This document shows positions 30,761 through 44,076 of a stretch of 64,000 nucleotides of DNA, one piece after another. Numbering within the stretch: the first letter of the stretch is position 1; every line of letters begins with the position of its first letter. The stretch is from an uncultured Chloroflexia bacterium. Lineage in GTDB: Bacteria; Chloroflexota; Anaerolineae; CG2-30-64-16. The stretch spans positions 640,001 to 704,000 of the forward strand of contig CAWEMM010000009.1 in NCBI GenBank assembly GCA_963810095.1, given 5' to 3'. The position numbers and the translations under genes were made by a program. The notes below the pieces were generated by a model that worked only from the letters and a program-made list of their open reading frames with translations, did no database searches and was not told the DNA's origin.

Positions 30761-31621
30761 TCAGCCGGCCAGCGTGCGGAGCGCCAGCCAGTCGTCCCCG
30801 TGCTCGGGCACACTCACGTCGTTTGTGATCAGGCCGGCGCCGACCAATTCCTCCACGGCTTTCCCCGTCTCCACCTTTCCCCACCCGAACAGCGTGACGA
30901 CTTGCTTTGCCGGCGCTGCACCCACCGATCTCAAATACAGCTCCACGAGCCTCTCGCGCGCCTGTGACTGCCGGATGGGCCGGGCCTGGTCTGCGAGCCC
31001 GGGGTTCCACCGGTGGACGCATTCGTAGACGAACGCATACTTCCACCGCCCCACCTCGGCGACGCCCACGGGCTGCACCTTGAAGTCGGCCTGCAGGAAC
31101 TCGATCGCCCTGTTGAAGGGTGAATCGCTGGCCTTCGTCGTCATACGCGCCTGCCGGCGCAGCTCCTGCGTGTCGAGCGGGCCCTTCTCCAGCAGCACTT
31201 CGAACACGGTCTTGGCGTCGAAGGTCATCTGCCCGGCTTTGTACTGGTCGAGATAGTCCTGCTCGGGTTCGCCATAGTTCTCGCTCAGCGCGTAGAAGTA
31301 CGGCAGCACTCCGAGCGCGATCATCGTCGCTTTCTTGCGCAGCACCTTGGCGTAGTGCCACTTCCGCGCGGGCAGCAGTTCGTCCTTCCACCCCCACGTC
31401 ACGTGGCCGGGATCGTCGTGCGCGTCGGGCACGGGGCGGTCGCCTGCCACCGCGCCCCAAAGCGAGGGCATGGTGACGTCCTTGATCGGCCAGAAGTAGA
31501 CGAAACCGCGCTCCTCGATGTAAGCTACTGCTTGTTCCTTGTTCCGCACCTTGAGCCCGGATTTGAGGCGGAAGGTGTCTTGCCGGTATTCGAGGATGCG
31601 CTCAAAGGCGATGTTGGTCAT
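30761..31621 (-). CDS. AlkZ/YcaQ-related winged-helix protein (possible DNA glycosylase)
   Basis: GFVYFWP...PSLW...WGWKDEL...YAKVLRKKATMI pattern; family assignment from recollection, not searched. Confidence 0.6.
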   Translation of the reverse strand: MTNIAFERILEYRQDTFRLKSGLKVRNKEQAVAYIEERGFVYFWPIKDVTMPSLWGAVAGDRPVPDAHDDPGHVTWGWKDELLPARKWHYAKVLRKKATMIALGVLPYFYALSENYGEPEQDYLDQYKAGQMTFDAKTVFEVLLEKGPLDTQELRRQARMTTKASDSPFNRAIEFLQADFKVQPVGVAEVGRWKYAFVYECVHRWNPGLADQARPIRQSQARERLVELYLRSVGAAPAKQVVTLFGWGKVETGKAVEELVGAGLITNDVSVPEHGDDWLALRTLAG

Positions 31622-31742
31622 GGCGACGATTATAACGAGGTAAGCCTGGTTTCCGCCAGAAACGCGCTTTGTGGTTGGAACAAAAGCTGCTGTGGGCCTG
31701 TCTTTGTGTTTCAGTTCACGTTCGGGGCAAAGGAGCTCTCTG

Positions 31743-34700
31743 ATGATCACGCAGCAAAAACGCGCGCTCCGCGGCTTGCTGAACGGCGCCGGCGGATGGC
31801 TGCGCGACTGGTCTCTGCCGCGCCAGATGGCCGGCCAGGACGCCTTCAGCACGGCCGCCGAGAGCGCATGGTCGCGAACGTTCCGCCCCCGCATCGAGGA
31901 CGCGGACCGGGTGGGCACCAGCATTTGCCCGTACTGTGCGGTCGGCTGCGCTCAGCTGGCGTACGTCAAGGGGAACGACATCATCCATATCGAGGGTGAT
32001 CCGCGCAGCCCCATCAACCAGGGCACGCTGTGTCCCAAGGGCGCGGCCACCATCGGTTGGATCCACAGTCCGAACCGCCTCACGACCGTCAAGCACCGCA
32101 TGCCGGGCAGCGACCACTGGGACGAGGTGCCGCTTGAGTGGGCCATGGAGCGCATCGCGCAGCTGATCAAGCAGACACGGGATGCCACCTTCGAGGAGAA
32201 GGCCCCGGACGGCAAGCGGACCAACCGGACGATGGCGATCGCGTCGCTGGGCGGGGCAACGCTCGACAACGAAGAGAACTACCTGATCAAGAAGCTGTTC
32301 GGCGGCGCGCTCGGGGTGGTGTGGATCGAAAACCAGGCCCGAGTCTGACACAGCGCCTCCGTGCCCAGTTTGGGCGCCAGCTTCGGCCGGGGGGCCGCCA
32401 CCACCGCGCAGTGGGACGTTGCCAACAGCGACTGCATCCTCATTATGGGCTCGAACATGGCCGAGTGCCACCCGATCGCCTTTCGCTTCGCCATGGAAGC
32501 CCGGCGGCGGGGTGCCACCCTCATTCACGTCGACCCGCGTTTCACCCGCACCTCGGCGCTGTGCGACATTTACGCCCCGATCCGCGCGGGCACCGACATC
32601 GCGTTTCTGGGCGGCATCATCCGCTATATCCTCGAAAATGACCTTTGGTTTCGCGAGTACGCGCTGGCATACACGAACATTGCGACCATCATCGACCCGG
32701 GCTTCAAGGACACGAGCGAGCTCGACGGCCTGTTCAGTGGGTGGGATTCGGAGAAGGCTCAGTACGATCTGGAAACCTGGCAGTACAAGAAAAAGGACGA
32801 GCCGGCCGCCCAGCGCGATCAAGCCGAGCAGACCGGCGAGGCTTACAGCGACCGTCTCGCCCGTGCCTACGGCCCGCCGCCCACCGATCCGACCCTCCAG
32901 GACCCGTACTGCATCTACCAGATTCTGAAGCGCCACTACGATGCTTACACTCCGGAAATGGTCGAGCGCATCACCGGCTGCCCGAAGGACGTCTTCCTCA
33001 AGGTGGCGGAGACTTTCGCGGCGGCCTCGGGACGCGAAAAGACCGCCAGCATCTGCTACGCGGTGGGCTGGACGCAACATACGGTGGGCGTGCAGAACAT
33101 CCGGGCCGCTTCCATCATCCAGGCGCTGCTCGGCAACATCGGCCGGCCCGGTGGCGGCATCCTGGCGCTGCGCGGGCACTCCAGCATCCAGGGCAGCACC
33201 GACATCCCGACGCTGTTCAACTTGCTCCCCGGCTACCTGCCGCAGCCGAGCGCGGCGGAGCCGGGCCACGACACGCTCGAAGAGTATCTCAAGACCGAAC
33301 GGCTCGAGATGGGCTGGTGGCACAACTTCCCCAAGTACATGATCAGCCTGATGCGCGCGTGGTATGGCGACAACGTGGGCCCGCAGAATGAATGGGGCTT
33401 CCAGTGGCTGCCCAAGATCACAGGCGACCATTCGCAGCTGCCCATGATGTTCGCAATCAAAGACCGGGAGATCAAGGGGCTGCTCGTGCCGGGGCAGAAC
33501 CCCGCGGTTGGCGGCCAGAACGCCCATCTCGTGCGGATGGGGCTGGCCAATCTCGAGTGGCTGGTCGTGCGCGACACGTTCGAAACCGAGACCGCGTCTT
33601 TCTGGTATGCGTCGCCGGAGATTGAGCGGGGGGAACTGCGCACGGCGGAGATTCAGACCGAGATCTTCCTGATGCCCGCGGCCCTGCCCGTCGAGAAAGA
33701 CGGGACGTTCACGAACACGCACCGGCTGATCCAGTGGCACGACAAGCTGGTCGAGCCGCCCGGCGACTGCCGTTCGGAAACCTGGTTTTACTACCACCTG
33801 GGCAGGCGCCTGAAGGAACTATACGCGGACAGCGCCAACTCGCGGGACGACCCGATCCGGGCCCTGCAATGGGATTACCCGGTCGAGGGTCCGAGCCGCG
33901 AGCCCAGCGTGGACGCGATCTTCCGCGAGGTAAACGGTTACACCTGGCCCAACCGGCAGCAAATCCCGGACTTCAAGCACCTCGAAGATGACGGCTCGAC
34001 CGCGTGCGGCTGCTGGATCTACACGGGGGTCTATCCCGAGAACGACCGCAACCGGGCGCGTATGCGCCAGCCCGACGGGCCGGACGGGCCCGGCACTCAT
34101 CTCAACTGGGCGTTCGCCTGGCCGAGCAACCGGCGTATCATGTACAACCGGGCCTCGGCAGACCCGGAGGGCCGCCCCTGGTCCCCGCGGAAGCAGTACG
34201 TTTGGTGGGACGTGGCAGCGGGGAAGTGGCAGGGCTATGACGAGGTCGAGTTCATCATCGACAAGCCGCCCGACTACCAGCCTGACTGGGCCAAGCACCC
34301 CGTGGGCATGGATGCACAGGATGGCAAGTCGCCGTTTATGATGATCGAGGACGGGCGTGGCTCCCTGTTCGCCACGTCCGGCATCAAGGACGGCCCACTC
34401 CCGGCGCACTTCGAACCCGTCGAGAGCCCGGTCCGCAACGTGCTGTACGGGCAACAGGCAAACCCCGCGGCGAAGTATTGGGACCGGCCCGACAACCCCT
34501 ATCACGCGGTGGGCGACAAGCGCTATCCTTACGTCATCACCACATACCGCCTGACCGAACACCATGCCGGCGGCTCACCCACCCGCAACGTGCCCACCCT
34601 GGCCGAGCTCCAGCCCGAGGGCTTTTGCGAAATCCCGGAGGAACTTGCGGCGGAGCTGAGCATCAGCAACGGAGACTGGGTCGTGCTGGAGACCGCCCGC

Positions 34701-34961
34701 TACGAGATCGAGACCAAGGCGCTGGTGACGGCCCGCCTCCGGCCGCTCACCATTGACGGACGGACAGTCTACCAGGTCGGGATGCCGTGGCACTACGGTT
34801 GGCAGGGGTTTGCGACCGGCGCGCCGGCAAACGACCTCGCCGCGATGGCCGGCGACGCCAATACGAGCATCCATGAAGGCAAGGCGTTTACGTGCAACGT
34901 GCGCCCCGGCCGGCTGACCTTCCGCACGATGCGGATCGCCGGGCTCGAGCCAAAGCCCTGA
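31743..34961 (+). CDS. fdnG: Selenocysteine-containing formate dehydrogenase alpha subunit (FdnG/FdoG-like); UGA at 32346-32348 read as Sec
   Basis: CPYCAVGC...LCPKG Fe-S motif; NQARV-TGA-HSASVPSLGASFGRGAAT aligns with the FdnG ARVUH motif; ORFs 31671-32348 and 32361-34961 are in frame; molybdopterin motifs GSNMAECHP, ALRGH, TTYRLTEH. Confidence 0.95.
32349..32395 (+). promoter_or_regulatory. Bacterial SECIS element
   Basis: Hairpin GTGCCCA-GTT-TGGGCGC (32361-32377) starts 12 nt after the UGA, with G in the apical loop. Confidence 0.8.
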
Positions 34962-35135
34962 CCACCAAGGCACGCAGACACGAAGCTGCACCAAGAGTAT
35001 CTGTCCCAGAATTAGCTGGGGCCGGTCTCTGACCGTGCCCCAGCTGGCGTACGAGACCGGCCAGAGCATTTTGGGCTAGGTTTATGAGCATAACCGGCTT
35101 TGTGAATCTTAGTGTCCTGGTGCCTTCGTGGTGGT
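34961..35135. repeat. Family A repeat, copy 3, with a nested family C element
   Basis: ACCACCAAGGCACGCAGACACGAAG ... CTTAGTGTCCTGGTGCCTTCGTGGTGGT enclosing GCTGGGGCCGGTCTCTGACCGTGCCCC. Confidence 0.7.
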
Positions 35136-35174
35136 AAGACGCCGGCGCTACGGACGGAACTCAAGGAGCTAAGC

Positions 35175-36077
35175 GTGCATCAGCGCATTCGCAACCATAC
35201 AGACTCCATCCTGCCGGGGCTCATCCACGACGAGTCGGAGATCACCGCGGGCGTGAAGATCCGGCCGGGCCGCCGCTACGGCTTCTTTACCGACACGAGC
35301 GTCTGCATCGGCTGCAAGGCGTGTGAAGTCGCATGTAAAGAGTGGAACCAGCTTCCCGTCGACAACTACGGGCTGACGGCCATGAGTTACGACAACACAC
35401 GCGGACTCGGCGCGTCCACCTGGCGGCACGTCGCCTTTGCCGAACGCCTTGGCGCCGACGGCGATCCCGCCCCGACCCTGATGCCGCCCTTCCAGAGCGG
35501 CTGGCGTATGATGAGCGACGTCTGCAAGCACTGCTACCGCGCCGGCTGCCTGGAAGCCTGCCCGACAGGCAGCCTGTTCCGTACCGAGTTCGACACGGTC
35601 GTGGTCCAGCAGGACATCTGCAACGGCTGTGGGTACTGCGTCGTCTCCTGTCCTTTTGGCGTCATCGATATCAGCCACCACGACGGCAAGGCGCACAAAT
35701 GCACGCTGTGTTACGACCGGCTGAAGAGCGGCCTCGAACCCGCGTGCGCTAAGGCCTGCCCGACCGATTCGATCAACTTCGGGGAAGTGGACGCGCTGCT
35801 GGACCGCGCCGAACGCCGGCTTGCCGAACTGCACGCGCTGGGCGTGCACAGCGCCTACCTTTACGGCGCGCCCGGCACCCCCGGCGCGACGGGCGAAATC
35901 GGCGGGCTCAACTGTTTCTTCCTGCTGCTCGACCGGCCCGAGATCTACAACCTCCCCGTCGCGCCCCTGCTCCCGCCTGCCCGCACCGGCGCGGGCTTGC
36001 TGCGGGGCATCCTGACCATGGCCGGGATTGGGCTCGCGGCCGCCGGGGTCTATCTCGCGGGGCGAAGGGACGACTGA
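35175..36077 (+). CDS. fdnH: Formate dehydrogenase beta (4x[4Fe-4S]) subunit with C-terminal TM helix
   Basis: CIGCKACEVAC, CKHC...CLEACP, CNGCGYCVVSCP, CTLC...CAKACP; GTG start after AAGGAG. Confidence 0.9.
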   Translation: MHQRIRNHTDSILPGLIHDESEITAGVKIRPGRRYGFFTDTSVCIGCKACEVACKEWNQLPVDNYGLTAMSYDNTRGLGASTWRHVAFAERLGADGDPAPTLMPPFQSGWRMMSDVCKHCYRAGCLEACPTGSLFRTEFDTVVVQQDICNGCGYCVVSCPFGVIDISHHDGKAHKCTLCYDRLKSGLEPACAKACPTDSINFGEVDALLDRAERRLAELHALGVHSAYLYGAPGTPGATGEIGGLNCFFLLLDRPEIYNLPVAPLLPPARTGAGLLRGILTMAGIGLAAAGVYLAGRRDD

Positions 36078-36182
36078 CCCCAAGGGCGCCGGCGAGCTCA
36101 AGATTTCTCGTGTATCAACGTGCCTTTGTGTCTTGGTGGTGAGTCAGGTCGGCAGTGCCGGCACGCTCACAAGGAGTTGGCG

Positions 36183-37172
36183 ATGCGCGAAACAAAGCCG
36201 GTCGATCTGCAGCGACCGTATGAAGGTGAGACTTATTACCGTGTGCCGCCCATCAAGGCCGGCCCGTACCGCTGGGCAATCATCTTCTACTTCTTCATCG
36301 GCGGAATCGCGAGTGCGGCCCAGTTTATCGCGACGATCGCCGACCTGTTCGGCGGCAAGGGTGACGGGAAGATCGTCCGGGCTGGCCGTTACCTGGCCTT
36401 GATCGGCGCGCTGATCAGCCCGGTGCTGCTGATTGCTGATCTGCACAAGCGGGAACGCTGGTACAACATGCTGCGCATCTACCGCAGCACCTCGGCCATG
36501 TCCGTCGGCGCATGGGCGCTGTCCCTGTTCGGCGCGTTCACCGGGCTTACCGCTGCGGGACAGTTCCTCGCCGACCTCGGCCCCGGCAGAACAAGCGGCC
36601 TGGGCCGGACCGCGGCGCGCCTCGCACAAATCCCTGCCGCGATGGCCGGCGGGGTGGTGGCGCTGTACACCGGCACGCTCATGGCGGCAACCGCCTCGCC
36701 CGTGAACGCGGCGGCCTTTCCGTTCCTGTCGTCGCTCTTCGCCAGCTCGGCAGCGTCGACCGCGGCGGCCGCCCTGACGGTCGCCGCCGAGGCCACGGGC
36801 GCGGGCGAGAGCAGCAAGCGCAAGCTGAACCTGGTCGCGCTGATCGCAGGTACTGCGGAGTTGGTCTTTGCGATCCTCGTCGAGCGTGAGTGGCGGCGGG
36901 AGGGCGCAAACGCGCCGCTGAAGGAGACGCCGCTCGGGCCCGCCTTCCGGGCCGGCGTGCTCGGGTTGGGCATCGGAGAGCCGCTTGTCGCACATGCGGT
37001 CCAGGCCGCGCTCCCGCACGAGTCGCGATGGGTGGCCCTGGTGAGCGCCGCGTCGGCCCTGGCCGGCGGCTTCATCCTACGGGCGGTCTTTGTTCTGGGA
37101 GGCGTCGAGTCGGCACAGCGTGCGGAAGAGTACTTCAAGTTCACGCAGGGAAACGGTCGGGGCGCGCGCTGA
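36183..37172 (+). CDS. nrfD: NrfD/PsrC-family membrane anchor
   Basis: YFFIGG, LIADL...RWYNMLR...SAMSVGAW, YTGTL, GGFILR. Confidence 0.85.
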   Translation: MRETKPVDLQRPYEGETYYRVPPIKAGPYRWAIIFYFFIGGIASAAQFIATIADLFGGKGDGKIVRAGRYLALIGALISPVLLIADLHKRERWYNMLRIYRSTSAMSVGAWALSLFGAFTGLTAAGQFLADLGPGRTSGLGRTAARLAQIPAAMAGGVVALYTGTLMAATASPVNAAAFPFLSSLFASSAASTAAAALTVAAEATGAGESSKRKLNLVALIAGTAELVFAILVEREWRREGANAPLKETPLGPAFRAGVLGLGIGEPLVAHAVQAALPHESRWVALVSAASALAGGFILRAVFVLGGVESAQRAEEYFKFTQGNGRGAR

Positions 37173-37291
37173 CGCCCCATCCGGGTGCATTTCCCCTGCC
37201 ATAGGGCAGGCGAAGTTTCCGACTCCAGCGTGAGTGCGAGTATACTGAGGTTCGCGCCATTATCCGCATCCCTACGCTCGAGGAGCTACCC

Positions 37292-38149
37292 ATGCCGTCA
37301 TTTCGCAGAAACACGCTCATCGTTACGGGCCTGGCTGTCGCCGGCGCTGCTGCCGCCCTCGCCTACGCTGCCCGCAAGATCACCGCTCCCGCCAATGGGA
37401 ACCCGGACGATTTCCTGATCCAGCCGCGCAAGCTCGACCAATACGTGACCGTCTGCCTCGGGGCCAGCCACATGCACGGACGGGTCGGGGTGAATATCGT
37501 CGACCTGCTGCGCCAGCGCCTGCCCGAGCCCGAGTACGCCTTCGTTAACGCGGGCGTCAACGGCGACCTGGCCTGGAACGCACTCCAGCGCCTCCCATCC
37601 GTCATTGCCTGCGACCCGGACGCGGTCGTGGTGTTGGTGGGAACGAACGACGTGCTGGCGTCCTTGAGCGAGCGGGTGGCGAAGATGGCTATCAAGGGCA
37701 AGAAGCTGCCCACCGTGCCCACCTTGAGCGGGTACGCCGAGGACCTCAGCCGGATCGTTCTGGACCTCCAGAAGTCGACCCATGCGCGCGTGGGGCTGTG
37801 TTCACTGCCGGTGCTGGGCGAAAACCTGGCGTCTGAGGCGGGCCAGCGGTTGGAGGCGTATAATGCGGTGATCCGCGACGTGGCGCAAGCGAACGGCGCG
37901 GCGTACCTGCCCGTCTACGAGCGGCAGGTCGAATACCTGGCCGCCCTGGGCCGCACAGACGGCGTCCCGTATGTCGATAACCCCCGGCTGCTCATGGCCG
38001 CCGCGCTCGAGCACTACCTGCTCGGCCGCTCCTTCGACGAGATTTCCGCCCGCCACAACCTGGCGCTCACGACGGATACGATCCATCTCAATAGCGTAGG
38101 CGCGCAGTTCGTGGTCGAGGAAGTGGAGAGGTTTCTGACGCAAGGGTAA
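37292..38149 (+). CDS. SGNH/GDSL hydrolase with N-terminal anchor
   Basis: Blocks LGAS (GDS variant), NAGVNGD, GTND, DTIH. Confidence 0.85.
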   Translation: MPSFRRNTLIVTGLAVAGAAAALAYAARKITAPANGNPDDFLIQPRKLDQYVTVCLGASHMHGRVGVNIVDLLRQRLPEPEYAFVNAGVNGDLAWNALQRLPSVIACDPDAVVVLVGTNDVLASLSERVAKMAIKGKKLPTVPTLSGYAEDLSRIVLDLQKSTHARVGLCSLPVLGENLASEAGQRLEAYNAVIRDVAQANGAAYLPVYERQVEYLAALGRTDGVPYVDNPRLLMAAALEHYLLGRSFDEISARHNLALTTDTIHLNSVGAQFVVEEVERFLTQG

Positions 38150-38211
38150 CAGGCACAAGGGCACGAAGCAACGGCTCGCCGAGCCTGCCCTCGTGCCCTT
38201 GTGTCAGACGG

Positions 38212-39177
38212 TCACTGCGGCTTGTTCGCCAGGATGTCTTCGATCCGGTCCATCACCTCGTCCGTCAGCTGCGGCGCGATCTCGAGCGCCTTCATGTTCT
38301 CATGCACCTGCTCGGCCCGGCTCGCGCCGGTGATCACCGTGCTCACGTCCGGGTTCTTCAAGCACCACGCCAGCGCCAGCTGCGCCTGGCTGCAGCCCAA
38401 TTCGTCGGCCACCGGCTTCAGTTCGCGCACCTTGGCGATGCGCTCCGGCTTCAGCAGGTGCTCCTTCAGCCATTCGTACCCTTTCAGGTTGGCCCGGCTG
38501 CTCTCCGGAACGCCGTCATTGTACTTGCCGCTCAGCAGGCCCGACGCCAGCGGGCTCCAGATGGTCGTGCCGTAGCCCAGGTCGCGGTACAGGGGCGCGT
38601 ACTCCTTCTCGAACCGGTCGCGCACGAGCATGTTGTACTGCGGCTGCTCCATGCTGGGCGGGGTCAGGTTGTACTGCCGGGCGATGGCATCCGCATGCAT
38701 GATCTCCGCCGCGCTCCACTCGGAGGTGCCCCAGTAGAAGATCTTGCCCTGCTTGACGAGGATATCCATCGCCCGCACGGTCTCTTCGATGGGCGTGTCC
38801 GGGTCGGGCCGGTGGCAGAAGCACAAGTCGACGTACTCGAGCTGGAAGCGCTTCAGCGCGTTATTGACCCCTTCGATCACGTGCTTGTGCGACAGGCCCG
38901 TCTGATTCGGCTTGTTGCCGCCCCAGAAGACCTTCGTCGACACCACGTATTCCTCGCGCTTCCACCCCAGCTTCTTGAGCACGTTCCCCATGACGATCTC
39001 GGCGTTGCCTTCGGCGTACCCTTCGGCGTTGTCGAAGAAGTTCACCCCGTGCTCCCAGGCCGCGATCATGCACTCTTCGGCAATCTCCTGCCCCACCTGG
39101 CCGCCGTAGGTCACCCACGCGCCCAACGACAGCTCGCTCAGCTGCAAGCCCGACTTACCCAGTCTCCGATAATTCAT
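38212..39177 (-). CDS. Aldo/keto reductase (Kv-beta-like)
   Basis: [39 protein letters not shown]. Confidence 0.9.
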   Translation of the reverse strand: MNYRRLGKSGLQLSELSLGAWVTYGGQVGQEIAEECMIAAWEHGVNFFDNAEGYAEGNAEIVMGNVLKKLGWKREEYVVSTKVFWGGNKPNQTGLSHKHVIEGVNNALKRFQLEYVDLCFCHRPDPDTPIEETVRAMDILVKQGKIFYWGTSEWSAAEIMHADAIARQYNLTPPSMEQPQYNMLVRDRFEKEYAPLYRDLGYGTTIWSPLASGLLSGKYNDGVPESSRANLKGYEWLKEHLLKPERIAKVRELKPVADELGCSQAQLALAWCLKNPDVSTVITGASRAEQVHENMKALEIAPQLTDEVMDRIEDILANKPQ

Positions 39178-39253
39178 GAATTCCCTCCGCGAGTGGTGCC
39201 AAATCCAATAGTTACGCCGGCCAAGGCCGGCAGCGCAACCGCAATAGTATACA

Positions 39254-41417
<2,164 letters not shown>

Positions 41418-41638
41418 CAAGCCTTCCTGACCGGTCGCAGGGTAAGCGCGTCGCGCAACCCTCCACCGTCTCCGGCCCGTGAGGCGTCCGCGCGCGTATG
41501 CAAGGCTGCTGCCGGGACAGTTCGCTTCATTTGACGCCTCCTTTTGCGCCGCAACTGTTTGATTTCGTACAAACTGTGCTAAACTCAGCCGAAAGCCGGT
41601 TCAGGATCGGCCAAATCACGTAGGAGGAGAGGGGTCGG

Positions 41639-42021
41639 TTGATCGAGCAACTGCGCATGTTGGAGGAGTTTCACCGCGTCTTCGGCGCGCACCTGGAGCC
41701 GGCCCCGACCGCGGACCTGGACGGGCCGACCATTGCGCTGCGGGTGAGCCTGATCCAGGAGGAGTTGAACGAGTACCGGGAAGCCGCCGAAGCACACGAC
41801 CTGGTCGCCGTCGCCGACGCGCTCAGCGACCTGATGTACGTCGTTCTCGGCACCTATGTCTCGCACGGGCTGCAGGATGCGGCCGAGGCCCTCTTTGCCG
41901 AGGTGCATGCCAGCAACATGAGCAAGCGCGACGCAGACGGCCGCGTCCTCTACCGCAGCGACGGCAAGGTGCTCAAGTCGAACCTCTGGCGCCCACCGAT
42001 CTCAAGGCGATACTGGAATAG
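41639..42021 (+). CDS. MazG-like/PRA-PH nucleoside triphosphate pyrophosphohydrolase; probable frameshift near the C-terminus
   Basis: LIQEELNE, ADALSDLMYV, EVHASNMSK, DGKVLK; the expected end PDLKAILE-TAG lies in another frame. Confidence 0.8.
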
Positions 42022-42111
42022 CACGCAGATCGGACTGACCGGACTGATTGCCTTGATCCAGCTAAAGCGAGATCAGGCGGATCAGTCCAATCAGTTCAAT
42101 CCGCGTTCCAT
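42020..42111. repeat. Family B palindromic repeat, copy 1
   Basis: GCACGCAGAT...(roughly 9-bp periodic TGAT / ATCAG units)...AATCCGCGTTC. Confidence 0.7.
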
Positions 42112-42123
42112 TGAGCTTGTCAC

Positions 42124-43157
42124 ATGAAGCGACTCTACATCGCCTACACTGGTGGGACCATCGGGATGCGGCGAACGGCCGAGGGATATGCGCCCGCACC
42201 GGGATTTCTCGCGGCGCAGATGGCCGTGATGCCCGAGCTCGTCGACCCCGCGATGCCCGCGTACGACCTTCACGAATACGAGCCGCTGCTCGACTCGTCC
42301 AACATGCGGCCCGCCGATTGGGTGCGCATCGGTCGCGATATCGTGAAGCACTACGACGACTACGACGGGTTTGTGGTGCTGCACGGCACCGATACGATGG
42401 CCTACACCGCGTCGGCGCTGCCCTTCTTCATCGGCGGCCTGGGCAAGCCCGTCATCATCACCGGGTCGCAGATCCCGCTCTCCGAAGTCCGCAACGACGC
42501 CCGCAGCAGCCTCGTCACCTCGATGCTTATCGCCAGCAGCGCTGCCGTTTCGGAGGTGTGCCTGTACTTTGGCAACAAGCTGCTGCGCGGGTGTCGGGCC
42601 ACAAAAGTGCATGCCGACGGGCTGGACGCGTTCGATTCCCCGAACTATCCCCCTCTCGGGCGGGTGGGCGTCGATGTGGACATTGACACAACCCACATTC
42701 GGCCCGCGCAGCCGCGGACCCGTGCGCCTTGCCGAGCCCCGGCGTGAGGCGACGGTCGGCGCGTTCCGCCTGTTTCCGGGCATCTCGCCCCAGTTCCTGG
42801 CGAACGTCCTCCAGCCACCGCTCGAGGGGCTGGTGCTGCAGGCGTACGGTGTGGGCAACGGCCCGGACCGCGACGCCGCGCTGCTCCAGGTGCTGCGTGA
42901 GGCGAGCGACCGGGGGGTCGTCGTCGTGGCTTGCACCCAGTGCCTGCGCGGTGCAGTGCATCTGGGCGAATACGCGACGGGCGCAGCGTTGGCCCGTGCC
43001 GGCGTCATCAGCGGCTACGACCTGACGACCGAGGCCGCGCTGTGCAAGCTCTACTACCTGTTCAGCACGGGCCACAAGCCGCGACGAGGTGCGCCGCTTG
43101 ATGCGGCAGGATTTGTGCGGCGAGCTCACCGTGCCGCCCCGCCGGATGGTCTCGTAA
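42124..43157 (+). CDS. ansA: L-asparaginase type I; frameshifts near 42715 and 43080
   Basis: YTGGTIGM, LLDSSNM, HGTDTM, TGSQIP, AFDSPN, YGVGNGP, TTEAALCKL. Confidence 0.9.
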
Positions 43158-43285
43158 GTGCAGGCGGAACGGTAACAGGAAGAACCGAAGACACAAAGGC
43201 CCATAAAGCTTGCGGAGCTTTGTGAAACTTAGCTTCTTTGGTACTATTCTGTGAGTTCACCTTTTCGTGCGATTTCACCGGAGGA

Positions 43286-43980
43286 ATGATGCTGTTCGAT
43301 CAGATGAACTGGATGGGGATCGAGGAGTACCTGAAACGCGACAACCGCGTCGTCGTGATCGTCGGCGCGTGCGAGCAGCATGCCTATTCGAGCGTTACCG
43401 CCGACGTGCTCGAGCCGCTGGAGATCGCCCGGGCTGCGACCGCCGCCGACTCCGTCCTGATCGCGCCCCCCATGCCCTACGGCATTTCGCCGTACTTCAC
43501 GACCTATCCCGGGACGATCAGCTTGCGGGTGGAGACGTTCGCCGCGGTCGTGCGCGAGGTCGTCGACGGGCTTGTGCGCCAGGGGTTCTCTCGGGTGCTG
43601 GTGAGCAACGGGCACGGCGGCAACACGGGCGTGCTCTCGCCAGTGCTCGTCGAGCTGGCGAACGCGCACCCCGCGGCCCGGTTTGAGCTGTTTCAGTGGT
43701 GGACCCATCCTGACGTGGTCAAAGCGGGCGAGGCGCTGGGGTTGCGGCAGAACCACGCCAACTGGTCCGAGAACTTTCCCTTCACGTGGTGGGCCCGACT
43801 CCCGCGGGCGAAAAGACGCCTCCCGTCATCTCCCGCTGGGCCAGCGCCGAGATGACGCGTGCGAAGCTGGGCGATGGGTCGTACGGCGGTCCCTACCAGG
43901 CCAGCGACGAGGCGATGCAGCAGTTCTTCGCGGCCGCGGTCAGCGCGATGGTCGCCGCGCTGGCCGACTTGAAGAATTGA
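43286..43980 (+). CDS. Creatininase family protein; frameshift near 43790
   Basis: GACEQH, YPGTISL, NGHGGN, HANWSE, DGSYGG. Confidence 0.8.
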
Positions 43981-44076
43981 CCCTCGCGGCGGGCAAGCCC
44001 CAGCCCATGCCATAGGCATCCCGAGCGGAGCCGGACGGCTTTTTGTCCGGCGTAGTCGAAGGATGCGGCCCTGCGC

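Noticed and set aside
32346-32348. Premature stop splitting the formate dehydrogenase gene
   Set aside because: It is an in-frame UGA at the catalytic Sec position followed by a SECIS hairpin, so it is recoding, not a pseudogene.
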